The position numbers were made by a program, and so were the translations under genes. This document shows, one piece after another, positions 50,619-63,244 of a stretch of DNA of 63,244 bases. The DNA is from Syncephalis fuscata S228 (lineage: Eukaryota > Fungi > Zoopagomycota), in the NCBI GenBank assembly GCA_025786725.1, contig JAHLTZ010000069.1:1-63244 (forward strand), given 5' to 3'. The notes beneath the pieces are model-generated. The model saw nothing but the letters and a program-made list of their open reading frames with translations. It did no database searches and was not told the origin of the DNA. Every line of letters begins with the position of its first letter. The first letter of the stretch is position 1.

Positions 50619-53055
50619 TTAATGCATAGTTGGAGTAGTATCATTTAACGTTGCTTGTAGTAGTTCTTGTTTAATTTGAGTTGTGTCTAATGGACGATGT
50701 ATACGAACATATGCAACACCAGCTGTGGTAGTGAGTCCACACCAGTTTGGTGCTAGTTCTGTGCATCGTTTAACCAGTTCATAAGCTTCACCTGTATGTA
50801 ATATAAACAGAAATATTAGTTAGTTAGTTTTACAGATTAGAAAAGTAACCATAATAATGATGTTATGCCTATGTATTACCTTCTGAGATGAGTGAATCCT
50901 CGGTACTATTGGATAGTCGACGTGCTACATCCTTAAGTGGCAATACACGCTTTCCTAAAGAACTCGCCATACTAAACAAAAAAACAAAGAGAAAACAAGA
51001 CGTAGACCAATAATGAGTTAAGAAGCAATACCGCAACTATAAGTATTATCAAATATAATTGATCAACAATACTAGACAAGGATACAAGGCAAGCGCATCT
51101 ACCACCATTGGTAATCGACTATTTAGAGCTTTCTGACGTGATTGTGCGCTTTCTTCAGCAAGTGTAATCGATCCACGCTGTTTACTTTTCTGCCGTATCT
51201 AATAATTCAGTACATTATTATCAATATATTATTATTTATTATCAATATTATTATTATTATAAATCAGTTTTAATTACTTACACGATCTAATAATGCGGCT
51301 GCTCTTGCTGCTATTCCTTTACCTACTGGTTTAGTAGTAGTAGTAGTAGTGGTAGTAGTGTAGCATTAGCTTCACTAGCTTCACTACTTGTCGATGATGG
51401 CAAAAATGGTGTACTAGTCGAGTCTTTAGTAGTACTTGATATCTATATATTAATAATAAATAATAAATATTTGCTTTCTAATACATATATTATTACTTGC
51501 CACTTCAGCTGTTGATGTTTTCTTACGACCAAATAGCTGTAGACGACGAGCTTTAGCAATAGGCACATCGATCGGTAGTGGTAATGTTGCTTGTTCAATC
51601 TCGGTTACCGTATTAAGATCAAAATCTTGATGCCATGCTATTGGCCATGTTTGCACTGATGATATAGTCGTATTTTGTAATTTTAGAAATTCGTTATGAT
51701 GTTGTTCAAGCCGATCTAATAATTTTTCACGTAATTGATCACGTCGTCGAGTTAATAGATCACGAGCAGGTTGTGGATTAGTCGACGATGTTGCTGCTGA
51801 TGAGGATGGTGCTGTTGACAACAGCTCAGTATTAGGTAAATCAATAGATACTGATGGAATACGTTCACCATTAGCTACAATAGAAGCTGCATCAAGTATA
51901 TACGCTTCAGGAAATATTGTAACCAGTTGAGCAAGATGCCGTAATTCAAATTGACGTCGACACATCTCTTCAACTGAAGGTCTAATTTTATGATAGATAC
52001 TACGCTGCCGCTGTCCACGCATAAACAGAATAGTATGATCCAGTGCAGCCAATATACGCATCAGTACTTCATAATGATCAGGCCATGGTAAAGGTGGACC
52101 TTTAAGAAGTGGTGTATAACGTGCAGCTGGTGCCGATGGTCGTTGAATACTCGATGAAGCTGCAGTAAATATCCTAGGCTTTTCACTAATATATACATAT
52201 ATTAATGGTTATAATAATGATATGTAATAATAACCTACGGTATAAGTTGTGGCGGTGTTAAAGATGCCGTTGTATCTTCAACTGTTATCAATGTTTCTTT
52301 GCTCTTTGATATTGGTGTTGAATCTGTTGTTGCATTTAATGCCGCACTAATTGATGGATCGTTTACATTAACTTTTATAGATGTTGATGTAGTAGCTATA
52401 GCTGATGCTTTAGTATTACTCGTTATTTCTTTATCAACTGTACTAGTTTCTTCTTCTTCTTCTTCTTCTTCGCTATTACTTTTGTTCAATGGTACTTCAT
52501 CTTCTTATCCACAATAGTTGGTGTATCTAATTCACTAATTATTAATTTGGTTGGCTCTTTTAAATGCTCAATTATTTCTTTGGCTTTTTCTACTTCTACT
52601 GTGGATGAAGTATCTTTTTGGCTACTTGGTAATTCTACAACTATTTCTTTATCATTTTCATTTTTTGTTAATTTCTTTATCGATTTTAAAGATGCTTTTT
52701 TTAAACTATCTAATACAGTCGACGACTTTTTAGCTGTTGTATTCTTTTGCACTAATTTAACAGGTGCCACTTTGATGGTGGCTGGTGTATCAATGACCGA
52801 TTTCCTTTGTCGTAATGAAGTACGCGTGGCATATCGACGGGTTGTTTCTGTGCCTGGTACTGTATCAATACTTAAATCAGTATCACTACGTGTTTTCTTT
52901 AGTGAATGAGCCTTGTTAATAGAATCTTTTTGCTTCGTCTAAAGTCATTGCGTTATAGTAGTATTTAATAGCAAGTGGTTAATATTTACCTTGTAATCTT
53001 CATTACGAGTACGTTTTCGAACACTTAAAAACGACTTTATCGTGCCAGACTCCAT
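50619..53055 (-). CDS. CDT1: DNA replication licensing factor Cdt1-like
   Basis: LPWPDHYEVL..ALDHTI..YHKIRPSVEEMCRRQFELRHLAQLVTIFPEAY, WHQDFDL, ALLDRIRQK, LAPNW; N-terminal PIP-like IKSFL. Confidence 0.82.
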
Positions 53056-53497
53056 ATTGACCAATCGTTCAATTGCTACGCCTCTTTACTAAACAATAAA
53101 GGCCTTGCTATAATCAATGCAATAATAACAATAATAACAATAATAACAGCGATAAATAGCGTTCTTTGTAGTAGGAAGCTGATGTGAAGGCTAACACCGC
53201 AATAGTAAACAAAAAGGCTCTGGTATGGGCACAAGTAAAAACTATCGAGTTGCACCGCGTCTTTCCTATTTTACGACCACTTGTTGTTTTTTCCTTTCTT
53301 TTATAGGGCAGATCCACTAACTAGTACAAGTGTAAGTGCCTGTAAACATATGTATGTTCTAGACGACTGATCTTTAGTAATACATACTATGGCTATTGAT
53401 CTGTTGTACTATACATACCTATATACGTATACAATATACATATAACAATGTATATCGTTTAACGCTGATTATCAATATTGACCAATAGACCGTGACT

Positions 53498-54279
53498 ATG
53501 CTACGCGCTCTTCGTCTATCGACGGCTGTTCGGTAAGTTGAATACAAGATTCAAAGATAAACCTTAAATCAATATACTTACGCCAAATCTTTTTAATATC
53601 TTAGTCGTCCTATGGTTGCGTCGTTGCTGGCCCGTAAAGGTGCTGTCGCGTCTATGAGCACACAGACCAGCGAGGCTGTTGATCCTAAACTTGACGGAAT
53701 TGCCGGACAAATCTCTTCGCTTACTTTACTAGAGACAGCTAACTTGGTACAACTACTTAAAGTAAGTTTATTAAACGTGTATTTCACATACAGATACTTG
53801 AAAATATATTTAATAATAATAATAATAGACTCGCTTAAATATTCAAGATATTGCTATGCCAGTTATGGCTGCACCTTCTGCTGCTGCTGCCCCAGCAGCC
53901 GTTGAAGTATGTATATAGACGCGTTAATCTCTTTTATTCACTACTAATTGTTATTGGACATAATACTATAGGAGGAAAAGGTTGAAGAAAAAACTGAATT
54001 TACAGTTAAACTTGAGAAATTCGATGCAGCAACCAAGGCTAAAGTAATTCGTGAAATTAAAGGCATTTTACCAGGTGCCAATCTTGTTGAGGTATTTAAT
54101 GGATAGACATTATAAATACAATAGTATTTAATGTATTTTTTAAATCATTTAATTGTTTACAGGCCAAAAAGTTTGTGGAAAGTGCACCCAAAGTAATTCG
54201 TGAAAATGTGCCCAAGGAAGAAGCCGAAAAGATTAAAAAAGCACTCGAGGCAGTTGGTGCCACCGTAGGATTGGAATAA
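53498..54279 (+). CDS. MRPL12: Mitochondrial ribosomal protein bL12m (L7/L12)
   Basis: [59 protein letters not shown]. Confidence 0.93.
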
Positions 54280-54524
54280 GAATTGTTTAATGGCAACTAA
54301 TAATGTCTAATGAATAAGCTGCTTTCAATAAACTATAAACAGATTGCACACACACACACATTGATACATATAATATATTAATGATAGACTTAATAGAAAT
54401 GATAAACAAACGATTCCTTTACTTATTGACCAAAAGGACGCATGCAACAATATCACTCCAATGGGCAAATGGAGTATCATAATAATAATGCAACGGGGCA
54501 AGCTTGCACTTATTGTTAAGCAAC

Positions 54525-55391
54525 TTATTTCCAGTCCTTTCTGATTTCAATTTTCTATAATAAAACATAGCCACGTACATTAGTAAAGGAATGAATACAT
54601 AGTAAACAACGACTTACCCATTCCCATTCTAAATGCTTAGTTTTGTCGTCATCAATAAAAGCACTTTTGACATCATAAGTGCTACGTCCCAACATGCCAG
54701 AAGGAGCATCCTCAGCCTGGAGTTTCTTCTGGTACGCATCATCGGATGGGCCGTAACTGCCAAGCATTTCCTCGGTCTTTGTAAGGCCTAAAATAGTAAT
54801 GAGTGCACGTTAGACGAATATCAAGCAACAATATACAAATATACGTACGACACCAAGTCTCTTTACGCTATGTAGATATTTAAGACCAGAGACTACATCG
54901 TGTTGGATGCGGAAGTTGATCTTGATGCGATACTCAATGCCTTCCTTAATAACAATCGGCTCTTTTTTAAGACTTTCGATTGCCTCGGACGACGAAAGAT
55001 CTACAACCACATCGGGACGACCTTCGACTTCCAGGGCCATTGAAAGCACAACCACCTATGGTTGGTTATAACAGTGCGGTAAGTTAATGCTATTCAAACT
55101 AGAGCATTAAATACTTACTCGACGTGGATCATCAACTGGGCCTAGTTATAGCATAGCATAGCATAGAATATATAAACAAGTTTACACGTTAGTATAGCCA
55201 TTCATAATACTAAAAGATGAGTTAATAGCAAACTTACCGGCATTCTTGCCCAAGCCTAGTGATTCCTTCCAACGGTTAAGGGATTCGTCGTTCTGGTCGA
55301 GTTTGGCATATTCCTCAACCGTCTTCTTTTCTCCTACTTTGTATCCGGGGGTTTCGGATGGAGCGAGATCATCAACATCGTGGTCAGTCAT
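54525..55391 (-). CDS. RDI1: Rho GDP-dissociation inhibitor
   Basis: GYKVGEKKTVEEYAKLDQNDESLNRWKESL, IKEGIEY, EMLGSYGP, APSGMLGR, KKDWK-type C-terminus. Confidence 0.95.
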
Positions 55392-56235
55392 GGTGAATAG
55401 TGGTTATGGCGTGTATATGAATAGATTCGCTTAGTGAGCGGTGCAAAGAGAGATGAAGCGGAGCGTGGTATGTGTGCGTGTGTTAAGATGTACGAGATGA
55501 CCGAAAGGCACGGTACAGTGCAAAATACTAGACAGTAAAAGATGTGACAGTAGTGTGATAGTAGTGATAAGAAAAAGAAACAGTACTGCACTAGAAAAGT
55601 AGATAGTGGCAGTAGTAGATGAAAGTAAGTATGTTGTGCACGCGTCTTGTTGCGGCACTTGTGGCGGAGTAGTGAATTGGAGAGAGCAAGTAGGATGATG
55701 AAGAAAGAGATGTGAACGTGGTGGTAGGAGCGGTAATGGCAGTTGTTTAATAACACAACGAGTGACGAACACGAAGCAACGCCACCGATTTATGGGCTGT
55801 GTCGTTGTTGGTAGGAGATAGATGAGGCACACATATGCCAGAGTCATGTTGCCAGAATTGGAGTGTCCCTCTACAGCAACACAACAACAGCATGTGGTGG
55901 AATATTCATGCTTCTTTTACAACTAGTCAATGCAGTAAATTACATTTATTATAATTGTATTTTATTAATATAAATAGTTGTTTTAGTATAAATTGTAGTA
56001 ATTATGATATTGTTCTTTGTTTAATCTTGTAGTTATACTAATACAATTAAATAACCATATAGTTGATTAGTATTAATGAAGAAAGAAAGGGGAGGTCAAT
56101 GAAATGCATGACAGATGCTAAACACGCGATAATCATGTAAAATGGCCTATGTCTATTACTAGAACTTGACCTGTTGATATGCGCTCTACTTGTATCTATA
56201 TATTTAGAATGAATGGATGATATGAATGTATGACT

Positions 56236-56270
56236 ATGTATGTATGTATGTATGTATGTATGTATGTATG
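56236..56270. repeat. (TATG)n microsatellite
   Basis: TATGTATG... run, with (TG)n nearby. Confidence 0.88.
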
Positions 56271-56578
56271 ATGTGTGTATGTATGTGTATGTATATGTGT
56301 ATATGGTAATGACTGTGTGTGTGTGTGTCGCCTTGTCAGTAAATGTATGATTTATAAATTCATAGTTTTCGGATTAAATCGGAGTTGTGTTTTGACTCCG
56401 TAATGATCCGTAATAATAACCATAACAATGTTGTTAATAGCCATGCTAATATTGGTGTTAATAAAAGTGTAAATTGTAGTTAATAAATTTACTTGTAATA
56501 AAATATCATTATTGCTATTCTAACCACAATAGTTACTACACTTTTTATTTTACTGTTGACGTGGTTATTGTTATTGTG

Positions 56579-57748
56579 ATGTCGGCTGAGCAATCGTTTG
56601 CTCGTTTGTTACGCACCTCGCGTTTAGCGAGCTTTGATCCGCGCATTCCTCAAGTCTACACGACTCATGGCCGATCGCGTGCATCAGGTGATTGGGGATT
56701 GAAGCGCAATCTACCAACAGCTGTACGTACAAACTATATCACGGTCAATGCACTCGATACGCCACAGCATCAAACGCCATTTGAAAGTGCTCAGGGCCAA
56801 GTTTGGCGATTACAGCGCTGGCATGAAGCATTCCCTGATTCACGGCCACCTAAAGCCCGATCACCGCATACCCCTACCAATATTATGCGGCTTAATAAAC
56901 AGCAATGGCGCGACTTTTTACAAAAGGCGGCCCAACGCAAGGAAGAGTGGCGCACGAGTGTACGTGATCTCGAACGCCAACCTGATCAGCACTTGGCGTT
57001 TATGCAAGCAATCTACCGTCCTAAGAGCACCATTTACGAAGAAGCGCGTATCGAAGCCAGTGCCGTCTATGGCGCCCTACCTACCACCGCTATTGTTAAT
57101 GATACCGGTGATCATGGCACTAGCCTTGTGGGTCCATCGTATGATTGGTGGCAAACACCACAAGTGCCGGTGAAGGGCCGTGTACTTAATCGCGTAACAC
57201 GTGGCTATGCTGTGGGCATTGGCGGCATTGTTGCTCTATTGCCGCTAAGTAAGGCACTGTCTATTAGTTTCTTGCGACCTGAGATTACCCAATACTACGT
57301 GGAGAAGATTAGAATGAACGAACGCGGACTAGTTACCGTTTGGTTGTCACAGGCTCCATCGACGGTTGGCGCCCGTGCTGCTGTGTTATACGATGCCGAT
57401 ACATCAGTTAGGAATGCCGCTACACATCGCTCTAAAGGTTACAGGGCCACCATGAGTCGCAAAGAAGCCATTGATACTGGTTTCCTCGACTCTCTCATGG
57501 GTAGTTACGATGTTGATGGTTCGTCTAAACCATCATCTAATACAGATACCACCACTTCTACTACCGATTCACCATTTGATAACTGGTCCAATAACCGTGG
57601 TCCATCAATGAATCGCCATTCAAAGTATGGTCATCAATCTACACGCCACACCCCTTCTCCATCGTCATCATCATCATCACCCAATGATATGTCAGAGCCT
57701 ATAGATACATTAATTGATCTATTTAAAAAGAATAAGCCAAATCAATAA
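56579..57748 (+). CDS. Mitochondrial ribosomal protein MRP51/bS1m-like
   Basis: FARLLRTSRL, GDWGLKRNLP, and an S1/OB-like segment GRVLN...YAVGIGGIVALLP; intronless. Confidence 0.7.
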   Translation: MSAEQSFARLLRTSRLASFDPRIPQVYTTHGRSRASGDWGLKRNLPTAVRTNYITVNALDTPQHQTPFESAQGQVWRLQRWHEAFPDSRPPKARSPHTPTNIMRLNKQQWRDFLQKAAQRKEEWRTSVRDLERQPDQHLAFMQAIYRPKSTIYEEARIEASAVYGALPTTAIVNDTGDHGTSLVGPSYDWWQTPQVPVKGRVLNRVTRGYAVGIGGIVALLPLSKALSISFLRPEITQYYVEKIRMNERGLVTVWLSQAPSTVGARAAVLYDADTSVRNAATHRSKGYRATMSRKEAIDTGFLDSLMGSYDVDGSSKPSSNTDTTTSTTDSPFDNWSNNRGPSMNRHSKYGHQSTRHTPSPSSSSSSPNDMSEPIDTLIDLFKKNKPNQ

Positions 57749-59812
57749 TTTGACTATTAAATAATCAAAAGTGTTTTATATCACCTTTAATAAAAACAAT
57801 CCTTAAATGGTTTATTCATAAAGTGTAGTGCCAAAATGGAATAGACATCGATCAATGATTGGCTAAATATTAAATAATCAGAGCACATCTACACTATTTT
57901 TTATTCCCATGATCAATAGAATTTATTTATTTATTTGTTTGTTTTTATTACTGTTATGGCTATTAACACACACTCCTCATTATTGTTGTTATTGTTATGG
58001 TTTTTAATAATTGTAACATTATTCTTTGTTACAACCATACTATTCTAAAACATGTTATGTTACACTCATGCAGATGAAGCATGCATAATAGAGATATGAC
58101 AATTCTATGACCATTATTGTGATGATATGTATTATAATTAGCCGGTAAGGACTATTTTCTTGTACTTTTTTAAATTAGATGGTTTATTTGTTTATTTATT
58201 ATGATTTATGTTATGGTTAGTAGTACTGTTACCATTACCATTACTGTTATTGTTATTGTTATTATCTAATCCAATCAACATAAAGTATATATGCGTATTG
58301 TATTCTCCTCTTTCCTTATTCTTCTTTCTTTCTTTCTTCTCTTCTTTCTTCTCTTCTATGTATTGTGAATGGGTGCGTGAGTTGTTGTTTTGATGGCTTG
58401 TTTTGCTTTTGCCCCCTTTACGCTTTATTACACTCTCACTTATGGTCTCGGTCTCTGTTTGTCTCTCTTGTTTATGACCCATTGTTTACCCTTTCTCACA
58501 AGTAACCACAGTAATCTTTTTCCTTTTTCTCTTATCTACTTATAGCTTGTTTGCTTGCTACTTGTTCTACGAGTCTTGGTCTACTAAATATTGCTATTAC
58601 AGCTACTGCGACAGTAACGCTTTGTTGCATTAGTCTACTCTAGCTACTCTGCTACTTTACTGCTCTTTTTTTACGTTGCTACTTACTAGTGTTGCTACTT
58701 ACTACGCTATCTATTACGCTCAAGTACACTGTATTAGTAATAGCACCCGCATTATTATTGACGGAGTGCATTTCACAAATAGTTATTGTCTTGTAGTGGA
58801 ACAAAATACAGCTTTCTTTTAAGCACGACACTTAAATTGCTAGATTTATAGTGAACGGTGTTATAGATACCTATAGATACTTATATATATATATATATAT
58901 ACGTATATCTATTTATCTATCTATCTATATAGACACCTAATCTATAGTTTGAATTAAACAAACGATAGCTTACGATAACAAGACTGTCAGCCAGTTTCTG
59001 TCAGATAAACTATAACTGACCAACTGGCTGACTGGCTGGTGAACAAACTGGTTGTTTATTTGGTGTGCGGCTCTATTTGTAGTACGGCGCGCGCACCAAC
59101 CACTATCGTTATCTATTACTCACTTGTTTTGCTTATTCTCTGTTGAACACTACATCGTTTATCAACCAACGAACCAACCACGGCCGCTTTCTCTCTTAGG
59201 TGACGCACTTAAGCAAAGGCCCACTGCTGCTTCTTCCCATTCTTCGTCTTCTTGTCTTGCTATTCTCTTCCTCTTCCTTTTCAATACACTTTTGATTGTT
59301 GTTGTTATTATTACTTACTTGTAATCAGACAAGCGTGTTGTTGACGTCTAATTAGCATTAGTGAGCTACCGCTTTCTTGGTAAGTATAGATTCTTGTGGC
59401 ATAAATAGTATATGCTATATGTTTGCAAGTTGATTCGGCATATTGGGCCTGTAGTTTTATCTTAAAAGGCTAGGCGTGTCTTGGCCATATTATGCATAAC
59501 AATAACAATAACATTGATATTGTATTCATTATGACTAATAGCTAATAGACTCGTTATTTGTATGCTTATTAGACAGCTTTATCCTAAATAGTAGGCCTTG
59601 TGTATAAACTGTTACAACATATCTGTTACACTTTGCCAGGTTGCACACACAAATATACACCTATACACCTATATACACTATACACACACAACTATATATA
59701 TCTATATCACATCAAAGTTACACCTTTTGAATGTAAGTGGTATCACCTAAAATAGAAGCAATATACACATTTATAACCTATAATACCTATATATGTTTGT
59801 AGTATAACGTTT

Positions 59813-61944
59813 ATGATGAATTCATCTCCATCTACGGCCAATACAAGCGTTCATCATTCTGGTGTATCTATGCCGTCCTATGTTGATACTATTACTGCTG
59901 CTACTACTACTACTACTACTACCTCTACTTCTACTGCTACTACTAACCATTCTACCATTAACAACACTGCTGCTACTACACCGCCACCTACAACAATGAG
60001 AATGTCGATGACCATACAACGATCTATACCTGTAACAACAACAACAACAACAGACATCACTGCTACTACACCTACACCTACTGCTATTGTAGAACCTATC
60101 ACTACTACTACACCTGCTACACCTACAACGACAGCCTCTGGGGCCCATCCAACTACTTATCGCGGTCTTCCATTCCCTGCCTGGCCTGCTCTTGTTCGTC
60201 GATCGCACGATATGCCTGTAACACCGCCTAATGGTATGGCATCTATATCGCAGAGTTCCTCATTATCTACTGCCGACAACATGTCTCATCCCCCTCCCGA
60301 ATACTATGGTGGCAACGAGGCTGAACATCCAGAAAATCGTGTTCAAGCCTATGCTAAACTTGAAGGTGAAGACTTTTGCTACTTTGTTCAGTCACTTGAA
60401 GTGATTATTGGACGACGCACAACAAATACCGATTTAGTTCATGTTAATTTGGGGGCAGCCAAGGCTGTTTCACGTCGACATGCCCGCATTCATTATAACA
60501 TGCGTGAACAGCGATTTGAAATGTCAGTATTTGGCAAGAATGGTGTGTTTATTAATGAAGAATTTGTGGCCAGTAATGCTACAGTTGTATTACCGCATGG
60601 GTAAGTAGATAGTATACACAGTAGCTGTAATGATATACTAATGATGCAATAGAACAAGGATTCAAGTTGGTGAGGCTAAATTCTCTTTTCTATTGCCAGA
60701 AAATGGACAACCTGGTGTTATTAGAGATTATCCAAATGGCGTTGTATATGTCAATCATGGCACAACACCGGAAGTACTTGGTGAACAAACAGTACATAAT
60801 ACAGATAATCGACAAGAGAATTCAGCAAGTCCTTCGCCATTACCAACCCGTCCAATGGCTCGATTAGCACCACGTCCTGATGAGAATCCTGAAATGCTGT
60901 ATTCGTCGGATACTTATCCCGCTCCAGGACCACCAAGCCATACTACACATATTCTGGCCTCGGCTGACCGTCCCAACGGACTACACGATCCTACACAGTT
61001 CTCTTCATTGACTGTTAAACCGCCCTATTCATATGCTTCACTTATTGCCCAAGCCATTAACTCGACGTCAGATCGAAAGTGTACACTTGCTGAAATCTAC
61101 AATTACATATCTGAAAATCATCCCTACTACAAACTATCCCATACAGGCTGGCAGGTAAGACGAATGGCTATTTAATACGCCTTAAAGGCTATTTATTAAC
61201 ATGGCATTATAGAATTCTATTCGTCATAATCTATCGCTTAACAAAGCATTTGTACGAGTCCCTCGAGCCAGTCATGAACCTGGCAAAGGTGCTTATTGGA
61301 CCATTGATCCAAATTGTGATGCAGAATTCCGTAATGGCATCTATAAGCGAAAGCGTATGGCTGCCTTTAGAAATGGATCAGCTGCCCCGCAATCCATGGT
61401 AGTACCCGCACCTATTCATGAATTTAGCGGCAAAACACCAACTACCCCAAAATATCCGGCTAGAAACTCACCGTATGGCACGTATAATAATAATACACCC
61501 ACTACAGCCAGCGATCGTAGTGGTAATAAAACCGATGAAGAAGGTCATTTGTCTATGATGCCTTCCATGTCATTACACGGCGATACAGTTATGAGTACCA
61601 AGTCATATCAGCATCATCATCATCATCATCATCATTCATCGCCGCATCATCATCACCAGTATCCACATCAACACCATCAGCATGCTGGTCACATGACACC
61701 GACACGTCTACCGGCCATTTCTACAGAAATGATGTCACCGATTAGTGCTGTACAACAACAACAACAACAATTACAACAGCAATTACAACCAATGCCATCC
61801 CAATCTCAAAATATCTTTGATGACGTTGTGCATGGTCATGAGACCCCTCGATACACTAACCTGCCACCTGTCTATCATGACCGTCATACAACACCCACCC
61901 CATCAATGCCATTATCACCCTCAAAACATATGTCGATGCCTTAA
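59813..61944 (+). CDS. FHA + forkhead transcription factor (Fkh1/2, FOXK-like)
   Basis: [22 protein letters not shown] (FHA); [36 protein letters not shown] (forkhead); two coding introns. Confidence 0.94.
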
Positions 61945-63244
61945 ACAACAACGACAATTCAATTAGCAAACAAACAAACTAACAAACTAACCAATTAACT
62001 AGTTTGTCGTTTATTTTTTATTTTTCTACTTTTTATAACTATTGCTTATTAAGAGAGGCAATGTCATTCTACACTACTACCACTTTATATTTCCTTTAAA
62101 AATTCATGTAATCTTTCGCTGTTTTTTTGACACTTTTTTTCTTCAAACTATTGACCAAATATCTACATGGATTTACATTTGTAATTAAAGCAAATCAAGA
62201 AATTCACTTATTAATCTATTGATCTTTTGTCACAATTACCAATGTATTGTGCGTTTACTATTGTCTATATACAAGGATCCAAGAACCAGTTAGATGGCTG
62301 GTACTGGGTCTCTTTGTACAACACACAGGGTCAAAATGGTTACTTATCTAAAACAGACCATTATTTATTGCGTATAGATTGTGCCAACCAAGTGTTTTAT
62401 CATTTGTATTGAACACATAAACAAATAAACAAAGGGCATGTAAAATAATAGCAAAGATGTAAATAAATAAAAAATAAAAGTAAAAATAAATAAATAAAAA
62501 CTGTTAACAATTAACCGTCCAACTACTAATACTAGCCATAATAAATGACGTCAATATTGAGTAATGATAGAGTTAAAGGTACTCGCTCCATTCTATGCTA
62601 TTGCTGCACTGTTTTCTTATAAAATGAAACGTTTTACTGGGTAAATGTCCGTAAAACGTCTAACTGATGAACAAACCAGTATTTCATCGCCAAGTTTGAT
62701 GGATGGCATGTAACATCGGACAATAGGCAGATTCAAGGCCATTTTATTCATTCTATTTATACATTCAGTTAAATACAATATAATTGGCCAATAGTCCATC
62801 CATCCACCCATGGTCCATCTGTAACTGTAACAATGTGATATCTTCCACGCGTTGAACATCAAGTATTTTTGAAAACAGTACTTAATTTATATTCTATAAT
62901 ATTAAAATAGCTACAATTACTATTACTTTTACTACCACGTGAATATGTAGACGACCAAGTTTATCTACACACATGTGTACACACGCCTTGTTCCCTTCCT
63001 TCCTTGGCAATAAGCGATGTAGCTGTATCTATAGATGAACGGATGAACGGATGAATGAATGGTGTGGCATCATAACCACACCAGTACTTGAACCCTTAAC
63101 TATATCCATAAACAATTATTAGGGATAGAAAGGAGAGAGAGGGAGAGAGAGAAGCATATTTGTATAACCAATGGGTCTAAACACCAGAGGCCTTGTTATT
63201 GCTACTATTTGCCAAGTAATTGTCGATACCTAAACTCAATCGTT

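Noticed and set aside
57900-59800. Short ORFs upstream of the forkhead gene
   Set aside because: Low-complexity promoter/5' UTR sequence with no recognisable protein motifs.

Overview
AT-rich, intron-rich eukaryotic DNA with short GT-AG introns; the gene content suggests an early-diverging fungus (inference). Left to right: a full-length Ty3/Gypsy LTR retrotransposon (279-5986, minus strand); conserved genes (DnaJ, Vps45, TMEM254-like, TPR, Tlg1/syntaxin-6, SAC3/LENG8-like); an accessory-looking stretch (two paraoxonase-like genes, a UGT, three 7TM-like paralogs, a small secreted protein, foldback repeats); then alkaline ceramidase, Prp18, Arp1, PKA-R, Cdt1, MRPL12, Rho-GDI, MRP51-like and an FHA-forkhead factor. 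Many genes carry 1-nt frameshifts, probably assembly indels. The main finding is the apparent ~82-bp satellite at 41.4-43.7 kb. It reads as 28 similar spliceosomal introns separated by 27 micro-exons (25 of 3 nt, 2 of 6 nt). Spliced by hand onto a signal-peptide exon, they give an intact 63-aa secreted precursor, MKLSIAVVCTIVVAIVASTVMVDANPALVRR-ASREECDDCRARCRKAGGLFCSWANCWKECFL*, with six cysteines and roughly one codon per exon. A collapsed copy (38.1-38.7 kb) and a decayed copy (44.05-44.5 kb) flank it. All calls come from reading the sequence; no searches were run.
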